Shown here: piece after piece, positions 38,011 through 50,628 of the stretch
Layout of the letters: each line of letters starts with the position of its first letter
Position numbering within the stretch: the stretch's first letter is position 1
Source: Callorhinchus milii
Taxonomy: Eukaryota
Direction: 5' to 3'
DNA length: 64,000 nucleotides
Assembly: GCF_018977255.1 (NCBI RefSeq)
Contig: NW_024704743.1
Location: 15,316,001-15,380,000 of the forward strand
Notes under the pieces: generated by a model
What the model was told of the DNA's origin: nothing
Database searches by the model: none
What the model saw: only the letters and a program-made list of their open reading frames with translations
Translations under genes and position numbers: made by a program

Positions 38011-39437
38011 CTGTCTCACAAACGGCTTTTCCTCCAGCCCCCGCACTGTCTCGTGCGGTGTCCCTCAAGGCTCTGTCCTCGGTCCCCTCCTCTTCACCCT
38101 CTATATGCTCCCCCTTGGTGACATCATCCGCAGACATGGGGTTAACTTCCACATGTATGCAGATGACACCCAACTCTACCTTTCCTCCTCTACCCTCAAC
38201 TCCACGACCACCGATGTCCTGACAGCTGCCTGTCCGACATTGAGTCCTGGACGAGAGACAACTTTCTTCAGCTCAAAGTGCGCAAAACTGAGGCCCTCCT
38301 GATTGACTCACGTCAGTGTCTCCGCACCTCAGGCGCTGACACCATCAGCATCCAAGGCTGCACTCTCCACCTCTCAAAGCCAATCAGGAACCTCGGGGTT
38401 CTGTTCGACCCTGAGCTGTCCTTTCTTCCTCATATCCGCACCACAACTGGCACCGCCTTCCATCACCTCCGGAACATCGCCAGACTACGGCACTACCTCA
38501 CCCCTCACGCTGCTGAAACACTGGCCCACGCCTTTATCACCTCAATAATAATAATAATAATCCTTGCATTTGATATAGCGCTTTTAAAAGCGCTATATAT
38601 TTGACTGTATATTTGTGGGCAAACGCAGCAGCCAATTGCGCACAGCAATGTCCCACAAACAGTCCTAGATTGAAAATGACCAATTTATTATTGTTTTGTT
38701 TTGGAGGGATTATTATTAGGCTCTGTGTGGAGTAAGGAAATTTGCCCAAGGTTTTGCCCTGACCTGCCTGGAATTGAACTCAGGTCTCTCGCTTGCAAAG
38801 CGAGTGCTCTAACCACTGAGCTACAGGACTCCACAAGACTGGACTATGGGAACTCTCTCCTTGTCGGCCTTCCCGGCACCTCCCTCCACAAGCTGCAGGT
38901 CATTCAGAACTCTGCAGCTCCTGTACTGTCCCGCACCAGGCTTCGTGACCACATCACTCCCACCCTCGCTCACCTCCACTGGCTCCCCATCCCCCAGAGG
39001 ATCGAATTCAAGAATCATCCTCACCTACAAGGCCATTCACGGCCTTGCTCCCTCCTAACTCTCTGACCTACTATCCCCCTACCTACCTGCCCGTACCCTC
39101 CGTTCCTCTGGCTCCGGTTTGCTCCACATCCCCCGCCCCAACCGCCCTACCATCGGTGGCCGGGCCTTCAGCCTCTCAGCCCCTCGGCTCTGGAACTCTA
39201 TCCCCCAGTGCCTTCGCCGCCTCCTCCCTTTCCTCCTTCAAGGCCAGTCTCAAGACCTTTCTCTTTGACCGTGCCTTCAGCTCCCCTCTCGACTCTCTAC
39301 CCCCTCCTCGCTCCCTCCCTTCCTTCCCCTCACCCTGACCATTTCCCCCCTGCTCGGATCCTGACCCAACTGTACAGCGCCTTGGGACGTCCTCCCGACG
39401 TGAAAGGCGCTCTATAAATGGAATCTTGTTGTTGTTG
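38011..39437 (+). mobile_element. Young L2 LINE (5'-truncated) with nested SINE
   Basis: [20 protein letters not shown]; highly similar to 49560-50628; interrupted at 38545-38835. Confidence 0.93.
38545..38835 (-). mobile_element. tRNA-derived SINE, short subfamily, nested in L2
   Basis: Full head (tgtggagtcctgtagctcagtggttagagc...gagttcaattcc) and (TTA)n tail; L2 reads through on both sides (tttatcacctc...aagactggactatggg). Confidence 0.92.
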
Positions 39438-39439
39438 TA

Positions 39440-39830
39440 CTCACCTGTACTAAACTCCGTACCCCTATCACACGAGTTCTAGCCAGGCTTCACTGGCTCC
39501 CTATCGCTGAACAGATCGATTTGAAGATCCCCACACTAGTTTTTAAATTCCTTTGCGCCCTGGCACCTCCCTACCCCTCTGACCTGCTTACCTACATACC
39601 TCCTGGACCAACCCACAACCCGCTGCCTCCACTCAACTGGCTCCAGCCTTCTGCATGTCCATCGTGCCCTCTGTTCCACTATTGGTGGCTGTGCTTTCAG
39701 CCACTACATCGCAAAACTCTGGAACGCTCTTCCTCTATCCTTCTGCCTTGCCCCTTTCTTTGCCATCTTCAGGTCACGCCTTCCTATTCAACCGTGCCTA
39801 CGGTCACGCTCCCCCCCCCACCTCCACCAA
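39440..39830 (+). mobile_element. Older L2 3' fragment
   Basis: LHWLPI..IDLKI and GGCAFS..WNAL motifs. Confidence 0.7.
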
Positions 39831-39995
39831 CCACCCCACCAAGCGCTGTGGAAGTCATTCTCCTCCTAATTACAGCAGTGGAAGCAAATCTCTAATGTAA
39901 AAATACCATAATTAACTCAGTTACTAAATTGTATTTTGAAAGAAAGCTTTAATTATAAATGCCATAAAATCTGGAGTAAACCACAAGATACTTAC

Positions 39996-40070
39996 TGAAC
40001 ATGCCTGTAAATTAAGCGTTACTAGCTCTGGGCAGTAGAGCTGAATATGTTTCAGTGATTCATCATCCAA
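39996..40070 (-). CDS. FBXL2: FBXL2 coding exon (LRR)
   Basis: ttgcag|TTG...TCA|gtaagt; LDDESLKHIQLYCPELVTLNLQACS; 75 nt. Confidence 0.94.
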
Positions 40071-41606
40071 CTGCAAAAACAAAATGGAGTCTACAATGGC
40101 ATTTGTTTTAAAATATCAGATGTTCAAGATTAAAATGCAAGATTACAATAACAGATAAAGGCTAAAATTAAAGCAGTAGTTAAACTGTTAATTGATTAGA
40201 ATGCAGCTTGCTAACATATTTATTGACCAATCAAGGAGGCTTAAACTCAAAGCGGGATTCATTTTTATGGCACAGGCCACCCTATTGCTATTTTTCACAT
40301 TTCAACAAAGAGAGTGATAGTCAACAGGTTATTCAATTCTAGGAGGCATCACAATTAAGCCTTAACCTGTCCTCTCATGTATCTGATATGCACACTTTGC
40401 GGCAGGAATCTCTGGATAGCAGTCAGAAGAAAGAAACCTGAGAAAATTCCCTTCTGTGGCCCAGGGGGATTCTGCAAATGTGTACAGTTCTCACTCCTGC
40501 CCTGCCTGAAATCAACTAACTAAGCACAGCCAGGGATCGAAACTGAGATATTTCAGTTCGATATGGATATGTTTCATTTTAGGCCAGAGGTTTATCAGAT
40601 GATAAATACAGTAGCTTTTGATAACCAAACAGTAATCATTTGCACTAAAAATTAATGCATGAATTTTGATGCCTCAGCCAAGTTGCTTCTGTCCTGGTTT
40701 GGCCAGGAGCAATTATATAATCCTAAAGTTGGATAGTCATATAGTTTAATTACTGGAATATGAACTCATCTTGGTCCTAAATATTAAGAAAACCCAAGAC
40801 GTTTTGAAGGATTTCTTCAAATTACACTAAGTGAGATACGTTGTATATTTCTTAAACACTATAAAATGTAATAATCCTTGCATATGATATTCATCGCGAC
40901 GTCTCAAAACGTTTCACAGGATATACCATAAAGTTGTGTGAATGTCTATTTTGTGGGTGACAATTTACTGGTCACCCATAGCTACTGTTGTTACTCTTAT
41001 AGGTATTAAGAAGGATCCACATTAAGATGTACACAACTTCAAACTCAATGTTGAGGAGAAATCACGTAACAAAAATGTTAACTGACCAACATAGAAAGCA
41101 AAAACGTTGAAAATTGATAGATGACTTTCTAAAGTTGAAACGTTCATTTTTTAAAAAAAGTTGCATAAATCTTGTTCAAGGAAAATAATAAGATACAGAT
41201 TAATTTGAAAGCAATAAACAGTATAACCATTATTTTTTACTAGAATGGTCTTCACAGCAAGAACCAATATTGAACAAATGAGAAAGGAATAACTAAAGTT
41301 ACGTAATAAGAGTTGAATATACTTAGCAATGTGGAGTTGATGCAATGTACAGAATTCACTTCTCAGTCCCAAGAGGACATTCCACTATTAAGGAGTCCTC
41401 TTAGATACTGACGAATATTAAAACTCCAAAATGGCCCATTGGGTGCCAGATTCTTAAAGTGTTCCCCCGTTAAGCGGTCTGAGACACTACCCTGCATGGA
41501 GGGTGCTTTATGAGTGCAAGTTGTTATTGTTATCTGTATGACAGTGTATTCATTAGTATGCTCAGATGAGAATGCTTGGAAAAATTGGTATAACAAAATT
41601 ACCAAC

Positions 41607-41733
41607 CTGTGTGCAACCTCTCAACAACATGGCCTTCAGACCATTACATCCTCTCACTAGAGCTTCTATCCCATCCTTGGTCACCTGATCACACCAGGAT
41701 ATGTTTAAATGCTCAAGGTTTGGATTGCCATCA
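41607..41733 (-). CDS. FBXL2: FBXL2 coding exon (LRRs)
   Basis: tttcag|T GAT...CAG|gttggt; (S)DGNPNLEHLNISWCDQVTKDGIEALVRGCNGLKAMLLRGCTQ; 127 nt, phase 2-0. Confidence 0.95.
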
Positions 41734-41909
41734 CTGAAAGACAAGAAAGAAATGTAGTTCAGTTAAGGTATACTATCATTTAGAATTTTAAGGCTGCAGA
41801 AGCTTTAAACTCTACCAAAACCAGATGCCATTTCCATAATAGACTTGAATAGAACAACTTTAAGGTAATACTGTTAAATTGAAAATGTAGTTCAACCAAC
41901 TGGCCATTT

Positions 41910-42221
41910 ACAATAATACTTGCATTTGACATAGTGCCTTATCACGTCTTCGAGATGTCTCAAAGCGCATCACAGAAGGTACTGGAAAGTGAATTGACTG
42001 TATATTTTGTGAGCGAAACGCGGCGGCCAATTGCGCATAGCCGTGTCCCACAAACAGTCGTGGATTGAGTGAACAAATTATTATTATTTATTTTGAAGAG
42101 ATTATTACCCCTGGAAAAGCAATCCACCAATCGACTAACAACCGGGGTCCACTTTACTGCTAGATAAACAGTGGCATTTGGAGAAGGAAACTTGCCTAAC
42201 ATTTTGCCCTGCCCGGGAATC
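41910..42221 (-). mobile_element. tRNA-derived SINE, long subfamily (5'-truncated)
   Basis: Contains central block ctgtttatctagcagtaaagtggaccccggttgttagtcgattggtggattgc and tail gagacatctcgaagacgtgataaggcactatgtcaaatgc. Confidence 0.88.
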
Positions 42222-44802
42222 TTGCTTGCTCTAATCAATACATTACAGAACTTCAAAACACAAAATATATATTTATTTTCAACGCTGATTGGGTTGACCA
42301 TTTAATAATTTTTTGCTTCAACTATCCAATTTGCTTAAAGTTAGTTGCACACATTGAAACTAATTTCCGACTCTGCCCCGCAAGTTGGTCATTAACTCTC
42401 CAAAATAAGCAAATTGTAATAATTTATAATAATAATACTTGCATTTGATATAACGTTTTATCAAGCCATTGAGATGTGCTTAATTTGTGTTCGTATATGC
42501 TTCTATCAATATAAATGCACTTACAAACTGTAGTTTGGCATGGAACTGAAGTGAAATGGTGGTTAGTAGTAAGGACAAATGCTGATACTGATAAAATTAA
42601 TTTACGAGAGAGGTAAAATAAATCACAGTGCCAGAAATTTAAAATCACCATGACAGATTTGCAATATCATAATTGTTTAGGGGCTGCATTTCCCTACTTT
42701 TTTTAAAAAAAAATCAGTTTCAAAGCAGAAGGAAAAGTCTGATAAAAGAAGTCACTTCACGTGAGCATTAAAGCATTTATAATATTGCAGAACACAAAAT
42801 AGTTTATTCTGTTTTTTTTATTTATACCAAACGTGTACTTTAAAATGAAATACACCATTCAGTATGGAATTTATTTCACTCGTGAATGAGACCTATACAA
42901 AATCAATACATCAATCAATCTATGTATATCTATATATGTGTACACATTCACATATACACACACAATGCACAACTCACACTGCTAAACCACAAATCTTCTG
43001 TCATTTCATAAATCAAACCACCTGCTACAATTTTCTGAGCACAAATCAATCAATTCACCCTAAAATATGATTTAAATACCAGTCTCTCCCCTCTCTCTCT
43101 CTCTATCTTTTAACACCTTCCAAATGCTAACCTCGTCTCTTGACTCGTTAAATTCAGTCCCCATTCCTCTGGTCTTTTATTTGAATGGTCTCTCACAGAT
43201 GCTTTAAATATTACTGTCTGTGTAGATCAGTTCAAACATCACTTATTTATCTTCCAAATAAGTAGGTTGGAATAACATTGGCACACCAACCCTTGACCAT
43301 TAAAGAGCCAGGACAATGAGAAGTCTTATCCTTTTACCTCCCCCCAGACAACCTAGCCACCACAACCTACTGTCCATTTATCTTCAGTTAATTCTGGAAG
43401 AGGCCCTTGTTAAATTTGAAATAATATGGTAGACCAAAGATAAGGACACCAAATTGTGGCAAGTTAAATGCATACTAAAAAAAAACCTCCACGTTTGTGC
43501 CAGGGCAAAGAGAATCAAAGCACAGGTAGGTAGTATACAATGTATAAAGATATTGAAAAACATTCAAAGAAAACAAAATCACATCTGAAATGATTGGTTT
43601 AACATTTTTGTAATTTGCTGATGCTACGACAAATACATTGATTGTACCTATCTATAACTTAATAGAGGCTTGTTTGGAATACAATAAATCAAAGCCTGAT
43701 TGGCTCTACTTACCAAACCATGAAACAAATAAATTACTACAAGCCTTGCAGAGAGTGCCAAACCCTTTGCATATCTGAACAGTGGCTCCAACACAAGAAA
43801 AATAAAATCTTCTAAACAAGTAAATTAAACACGCAATAGCTTTACCAAAGCCTCTGATACCATCAACGAACCAGATTGGTGAATGCCCTAAAATCTATTC
43901 AGAATTTTGAAGATATGTAAAGCAACAGTCACTTCCTTTCTAATGAGAAATCACACAGCATTAGATTGAAATTAATTTTAGACAAATTGTAGACAGATGA
44001 ACCTCAGATGGAAGAAACTTTGGATAGGATATAAGAATTGTCCTATCCAAATGCCAAACAATACAAGGTGGATCTACCACCACAGAGCATGAAGGTAACA
44101 TAAGAACAGGCAAAGTAAGAGTCTTAAAGGATTTATTAAACATTACATCACTTGTGATCACAATAAACCATGAATTCAAATGGAACTAACATAACATAAG
44201 ATTCAAATCCCAGGAAGAGATCCCTAAATTATTTCAGGTGCCCCAAACATGAACACTACTGGAGGCCTGTGATCTGAATTTCCCATCATAGCCTAAGGAA
44301 TGGCTTCTCACATGAATAAGTTGTAAATTCTGTGTCAATAAATATTGCAAATACACAAGAATTCCTGGAATGTTGCATTAAATATCTTGGAACTGATTGA
44401 TAAACTGTTCACTTACCATTATAAGCCTTTAGTACAGATGCTTTCTCTGAAGCCTTGTCCACAACTGAGGGAGAAATTCTTGCACAGTAATGCTTGTCCT
44501 CTCAAATGGAGGCTCTGAAGGGCACTGTGCCAAATGTAGCCCTCCATCTGAGACAATGGGTCCTGGCGCAAACTGCATAAGAAAATATGGAACAAGAAGA
44601 GGCCGTTCAGCCCATCAAGCCCATTCTGTCCATAGACCATATACAATCTGCTTTACCAAGGACTCCACCTAATGCATTCAATCTTCTGAGGCAACCAACC
44701 ACAAATAAAACCTCCAAGATAAAGCTTTATGAACTTTTCCCTGCCTTCAAAGGTGACCATGAAAACTCCAGGTTACTAATCCAACTTTAACACCCACATT
44801 AT

Positions 44803-45126
44803 GTTGAGTCCTGTAGCTCAGTAGTTAGAGCACTCGCTTTGCAAGCGAGAGACCCGAGTTCAATTCCAGGCAGGGCGAAACCTTGGGCATGTTTCCTTAC
44901 TCCATACGCCTAATAATAATCCCTCCAAAGCCAAAAACAATAATAAATTTGTCATTTTCAATCCACGACTGTTTGTGGGACATTGCTGTGCGCAATTGGC
45001 TGCCACTTTCTCCCACAAATATACGGTCAATTCACTTTACAGTGTATTCTGTGAAGCACTTTGGGACGTCCTCCTGACTTGAAAAGCGTTATATCAAATG
45101 CAAGGATTATTATTATTATTATTATT
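44803..45126 (+). mobile_element. tRNA-derived SINE, short subfamily, full length
   Basis: A box tagctcagtagttag, B box gagttcaattcc, anticodon-like arm ctcgctttgcaagcgag, hairpin tail, (TTA)n. Confidence 0.92.
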
Positions 45127-47147
45127 CAACTCTGGCCAGTTATATTCCATGGAGGATCCGTTCATGATTTTAGGAGCATAGGAGCAATCATATTCCACAG
45201 AGAATTTGATCATGCATGATCAAATTTGTTCCAATATACCTGAGATCAGAGTTTTATTTGACCCTTACAGGTTACTAGGATTAACATCTCCTCTGATTAG
45301 ATATTGTGAATGATCCAACATATGAGTATGTAATGAAGAAGGGACAAGAAAAGAAACATCTTCAGTAAGAAAACAGATAACATTTAATATTGGCTTAATA
45401 GTCTTGTTTAGGCCAGCAGTTTTTCAGTAGCTTTATTGTGAAATTTGCCATAAATCTATTTCTGGGTAACCCCATCTGTTCAGGATGATATGGGTCTTCT
45501 CATGATGATGAGCCCATGTATATGGGTGGGCTCCTTGTAGCTCAAGATGTACACTGTAACATAGCAAAGTCTGAATGACAGCAAAACTATATCTACATGA
45601 TGACAGGACACAGGTACTGAGTATAAATGCCTTTTTATACCTCACTCCAGTGATGAGGTCTAGAATCACAAATTTGTTTTAAACTTTTACATCCTGCCAT
45701 ACTGCTCAATATTTGATCAATTTTATAGTCAAGCAGAAATGAGACTAGGCCCACATACACTGAATGTGAGCATTTTATTCAAGAAGACAATCAGAGTGAC
45801 AAACAAGCAGGATTTTCGTTGCAATCCACTCAGCATATTCGTCCTTTCACAACACCTCAAAAGGTTAAAAGTGCCTCTTAGTTGTCCACGCTTAGATTGA
45901 AGAACAGTTCTCAGGTGGTATTGTTCAAGGTATTTATTTGCAATTGTCTGTCATTCTCACATCACATCATATGACGACCACCATTATGCATGGAATCCAC
46001 TTATACTACCGAGACTCAACTTTGTGTTTTACAAGTAAGGCAGGTCAGTTAAATTGTTCAAGTAAAGACATCTAGTAGAATCAAGATTATATGCCCAACA
46101 GTCTAAAACCAGACACACCATGAAGGGCAGATCCTGTTCCAGCTTTACTTGGGAGAATGTTCTCATTTACAAGGATCCTCTTGTCCGTGATTGTTCAACA
46201 CCTTGAGAGGGAACTCAGAGCAGCCAATCATGTAGACGATACGATGATCCATCAGGTGGGTAAAAAGACTGCCATGATGATGCTTCAGTTGGATAAAAAG
46301 ATTGCCATCTAAAGACAAATGCTTTATGAATAGTCTGGGTGTTGAAGAAAGACAAAATAGAAGAACTTGGTGCTCAGGTTATTCCTTGTACAGTAAACCC
46401 CCAAAGCAAGTTTATTGGGATTCTTATGTCTGTTTAAAAAGTATGGATTTGGGAGTTCTTTTACTAGCAATCAGCTTCCATTAAATACTGGCTTTAATCC
46501 ATTCTTTCATTCACAGTAGAGTTCAAGATTTTTATGTCCAATTTGGAATAAAGAATTAAATTCCAGAACTTTACTTTCAATTCCCTATGAACTGGGATAG
46601 AGTATTCTGTCCTAGAAATCATTTCCTGAATTTCAGGTCCAGTTAAGTGCAGTTTTCCTTATCCGGCCATTCAATGACTCAAGTTCCAGCACATCTACAA
46701 AAAGTTCCACATCATCTTCCAATGGCGGTTATCGAAGATGTACATATTTGTAGACACACAGTAGTCAATGTGAACACAGAAAGGTGTCACAAATGGCTAT
46801 GAATCGATGACCAATTCATCTAAAGGATTGCTGGTTAAACTGCAACAGTATACCAACACATTCTCTGAGGTCCTAAACCTTGGCTTTTGCTGTCCTGTAC
46901 CCAATAGTCTCCAGATTTTGGTAAAAGAATCCTACTATGCAATTGAAGAATCTCAAAAAAGCAATTAGCATCACAATGAGGATCTAGGTAACCCTCAAAA
47001 CCTTCTCAGATCTTAACACTAGCAACTTATATCCTTAATTTGGAAGCATTTTAGGACATTCACCAACAGCAAACAATCACCAAAAACTAGATCTAATGCA
47101 CACAGATTTACAAGTAAGTAGAAGTCAGTTAGTGAAAACTCCAAAAG

Positions 47148-48337
47148 TAATAAGCCTGGCATTTGATATAGCGTCTTATCACGTCTTCGAGACATCTCAA
47201 AGCACTTCACAGAATATACTGTAAAGTCAATTGACTGTATATTTTGTGGGTGAAACGCAGCAGCCAATAGCGCACAGAAGTGTCCCACAAACAGTCTTGG
47301 ATTGAGTGAACGAATAATTTTTTTAAAAAAAGGGACTGATTGGCTCGCGCCAGCGCGTCTGCACCTCAGGCTCTGGCAGCATCAACCTCCATAGTTGCAC
47401 ACTTCAATTCACCAAGCCAGTCAGGAACCTAGGTGTCCTGTTCGACCCTCAACTGTCTTTTCTTCCCCACATCCAAGCCATGCCCCTCTCCGCCTTCCTT
47501 CACCTCCGTAACATCGCCTGACTCCGCCACTACCTCACCCCTCAGGCTGCTGAACCTCTTGTTCATGCCTTCATCAGCTTCAGGCTCGACTATGCAAACG
47601 CTTTGCTTGTCGGCCTTCCCAACTCCTCCCTCCACAGGCTGCAGATAATCCAAAACTCTGCAGTCTGTGTCCTCTTCCGCCCCAAACTCCGTGACTCCAT
47701 CTCCCCCACTCTTGCCTGACTCCATTGACTCCCTATCCTTCAGAGGATCCAGTTCAAGATCCTGGTCCTCACCTACAAAGCCCTCAATGGTCTCGCCCCA
47801 CCCTATCTCTGTGACCTCCTAACCTACTGCAACCCGTCCGCTCCCTCTGCTCAGCCGGCTCCGGCCTGCTCCACGTCCCCCGACCCACCCGCCCCACCAT
47901 TGGCGGGAGAGCCTTCAGCCACTCTGCCCCCAATCTCTGGAATTCCATCCCCCAATCACTCCGCCTCGTCCCCTCCTTAGCCTCCTTCAAGTTCCACCTC
48001 AAGACCCTCCTCTTCGACCATGCCATTTGCCACCCCCCTTCCCCTCCCTTCTCCCGCCCTGACCTCAGCTCGGTTCTGAAATGCTGAACACTGTCCAGGG
48101 CCTTGGAACGTCCTCCCGACGTGAAAGGCGCTGTACAAATGTAATCTTGTTGTTGTATTACCCCTGGAAAAGCAATCCACCAATCGACTAACAACCGGGT
48201 TCCTACTTACTGCAAGGTAAACAGAGGTGTGTTAAGTAAGGAAAGATGCCCAACATTTCACCCTGCCCGGGAATCGAACCCAGGTTCTCTCACTTGTGAG
48301 GCGAGTGCTCTAACTACTAAGCTACAGGACTCCACAA
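47148..48337 (-). mobile_element. tRNA-derived SINE, long subfamily, split by an L2 insertion (47148-47335 plus 48156-48337)
   Basis: The two halves join into a colinear match to the 41910-42221 copy. Confidence 0.88.
47336..48156 (+). mobile_element. 5'-truncated L2 LINE nested in a SINE
   Basis: Highly similar to the reverse complement of 13340-14085; hairpin tail and (TTG)n. Confidence 0.92.
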
Positions 48338-48734
48338 TTATCTAAATGCCAATCAGTGGTTGCTGATTCATGACCCAAATGCTTAAAGCACTCTCAGTAC
48401 TTTCCTAACTGTTTAGAAAGATGCTCAAAGCACCTTTCCAATATGAAATAAGATGATCCAAGGAATATCAAACGTACTGCTCTAAACACCCAACAAATAT
48501 AACCTCATTAGTTAATCAGTGGCATAAGGGTGTTCAGTTTATAAAATGTTTCCAACATGTAATTATAAATTTTCAATCATATATCTTGGTAATTACATCT
48601 GAGCTGCCGAACAAATTGCATCGAAGGCAGGAAGAGTTGGTATAATAATGAAAATCCCCAAAGAACTTCAGTCCAAAGGAGAACAAGATTGAAGGGGGGA
48701 TTTGCAGACTTTCACCTCTGAGATTCGGATGTGC

Positions 48735-50628
48735 ATCAACTCCATACAGATGGATACAAATCCTGGAGGCGAAGATCAACCCCAGGCTTCTGTTCTCTAC
48801 CACATCTTGACTCCTCCGTCCACCCCGCGCAGGTCATCTCCTCCAACCTTCACTGCGAGGAGATGCTGGATTTCCTTCAATCCAAAATCAAAGGAAACCG
48901 CTCCGCGGTCACTGCCCTCCAACTTCCACCGACCACCCACCCCTTCCCTCCCACACTCCAACTCCTACCCATCCTCCCCTACACACCTTCGAATCCCTTT
49001 CCCCACCCTCTGTCACCAACCTCATCCTGTCCTTGAAATCCACCACCTGCTCCCTGGACCTCATCCTCACTCCACATCTCCCAGCTCCACCTCCTTGCCG
49101 CACTTCTCAGACACCATCAACCTGTCTGTCTCCTCTGCCTCTGTTCCCATTCCCCTAAAAACTGCCACCATCACTCCCACACTGAAAAAACCCTCCCTTG
49201 ATGCGTCACAGCTATCAAGCTACCGGCCCATCTCCAACCTCCCCTTTCTGTCCAAGGTTCTCGAAAGAGTCGTCGACTCCCAGCTGCGCTCTTTCCTCTC
49301 CACCCATTCACTATTTGAACCCCTCCAGTCGGGTTTCCGTGCTTCCCATAGCACGGAAACTGCCCTGGCCAAGGTCACTAATGAAATCCTGACCATCTGC
49401 AACCAGGGCTTCCTCTGCCTCCTCGTCCTCCTGGACCTATCGGCCACATTCGATACTGTCGACCACTCTATCCTCCTCCACCGCTTCTCCTCCCACCTCA
49501 ACCTTCAAGGCCCTGTCCTTGAGTGGTTTAGGTCGTACCTCTCCCACTGTCTTCAATTTGTCTCGTGCGGTGTCCCTCAGGGCTCTGTCCTCGGTCCCCT
49601 CCTCTTCACCCTCTATATGCTCCCCCTTGGTGACATCATCCGACATAGGGTTAACTTCCACATGTATGCGGATGACACCCAACTCTACCTTTCCTCCTCT
49701 ACCCTCAACTCCACGACCACCAATGTCCTGACAGCCTGCCGGTCTGACATTGAGTCCTGGACGAGAGACAACTGTCTTCAGCTCAACGTGCGCAAAACTG
49801 AGTCCCTCCTGATTGACTCACGTCAGCGCCTCCGCACCTCAGGCGCTGACACCATCAGCATCCAAGGCTGCACTCTCCACCTCTCAAAGCCAATCAGGAA
49901 CCTCGGTGTTCTGTTCGACCCTGAGCTGTCCTTTCTTCCCCACATCCGCACCACAACTGGCACCGCCTTCCATCACCTCCAGAACATCGCCAGACTACGG
50001 CACTACCTCACCCCTCACGCTGCTGAAACCCTGGCTTTATCACCTCAAGGCTGGACTATGGGAACTCTCTCCTCGTCGGTCTTCCCGGCACCTCCCTCCA
50101 CAAGCTGCAGGTCATTCAGAACTCTGCAGCTCGTGTACTGTCCCGCACCAGGCTTCGCGACCACATCACTCCCACCCTCGCTCGCCTCCACTGGCTCCCC
50201 ATCCCCCAGAGGATCAAATTCAAGATCCTCATCCTCACCTACAAGGCCATTCACGTCCTTGCTCCCTCCTACCTCTCCGACCTACTATCCCCCTACTTAC
50301 CTGCCCGTACCCTCCGTTCCTCTGGCTCCGGTCTGCTCCACACCCCCCCGCCCTACCATCGGTGGCCGGGTCTTCAGCCTCTCAGCCCCTAGGCTCTGGA
50401 ATTCCATCCCCCAGTGCCTTCGCCGCTTCCTCCCTTTCCTCCTTCAAGGCCGGTCCCAAGACCTTTCTCTTTGACCGTGCCTTCACCTCCCCTCTTGACT
50501 CTCTACCCCCTCCTCGTTCCCTCCCCTCACTCTGACCATTTCCCCCCTGCTCGGGTCCAACTGTCCAGCGCCTTGGGACGTACTCCCGACGTGAAAGGCG
50601 CTCTATAAATGCAATCTTGTTGTTGTTG
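48735..50628 (+). mobile_element. Young L2 LINE, 5'-truncated, with RT domain largely in one frame
   Basis: 590-aa ORF 48702-50474 contains [49 protein letters not shown]; frameshift near 50030; tail (TTG)n. Confidence 0.95.

Noticed and set aside
44806..44880. tRNA-Ala-like gene
   Set aside because: No proper acceptor stem or immediate Pol III terminator; it continues into a SINE body present in several copies
48702..50474. 590-aa ORF as a host or domesticated gene
   Set aside because: 5'-truncated L2 with an RT deletion, a frameshifted C-terminus and a near-identical broken sister copy at 38011
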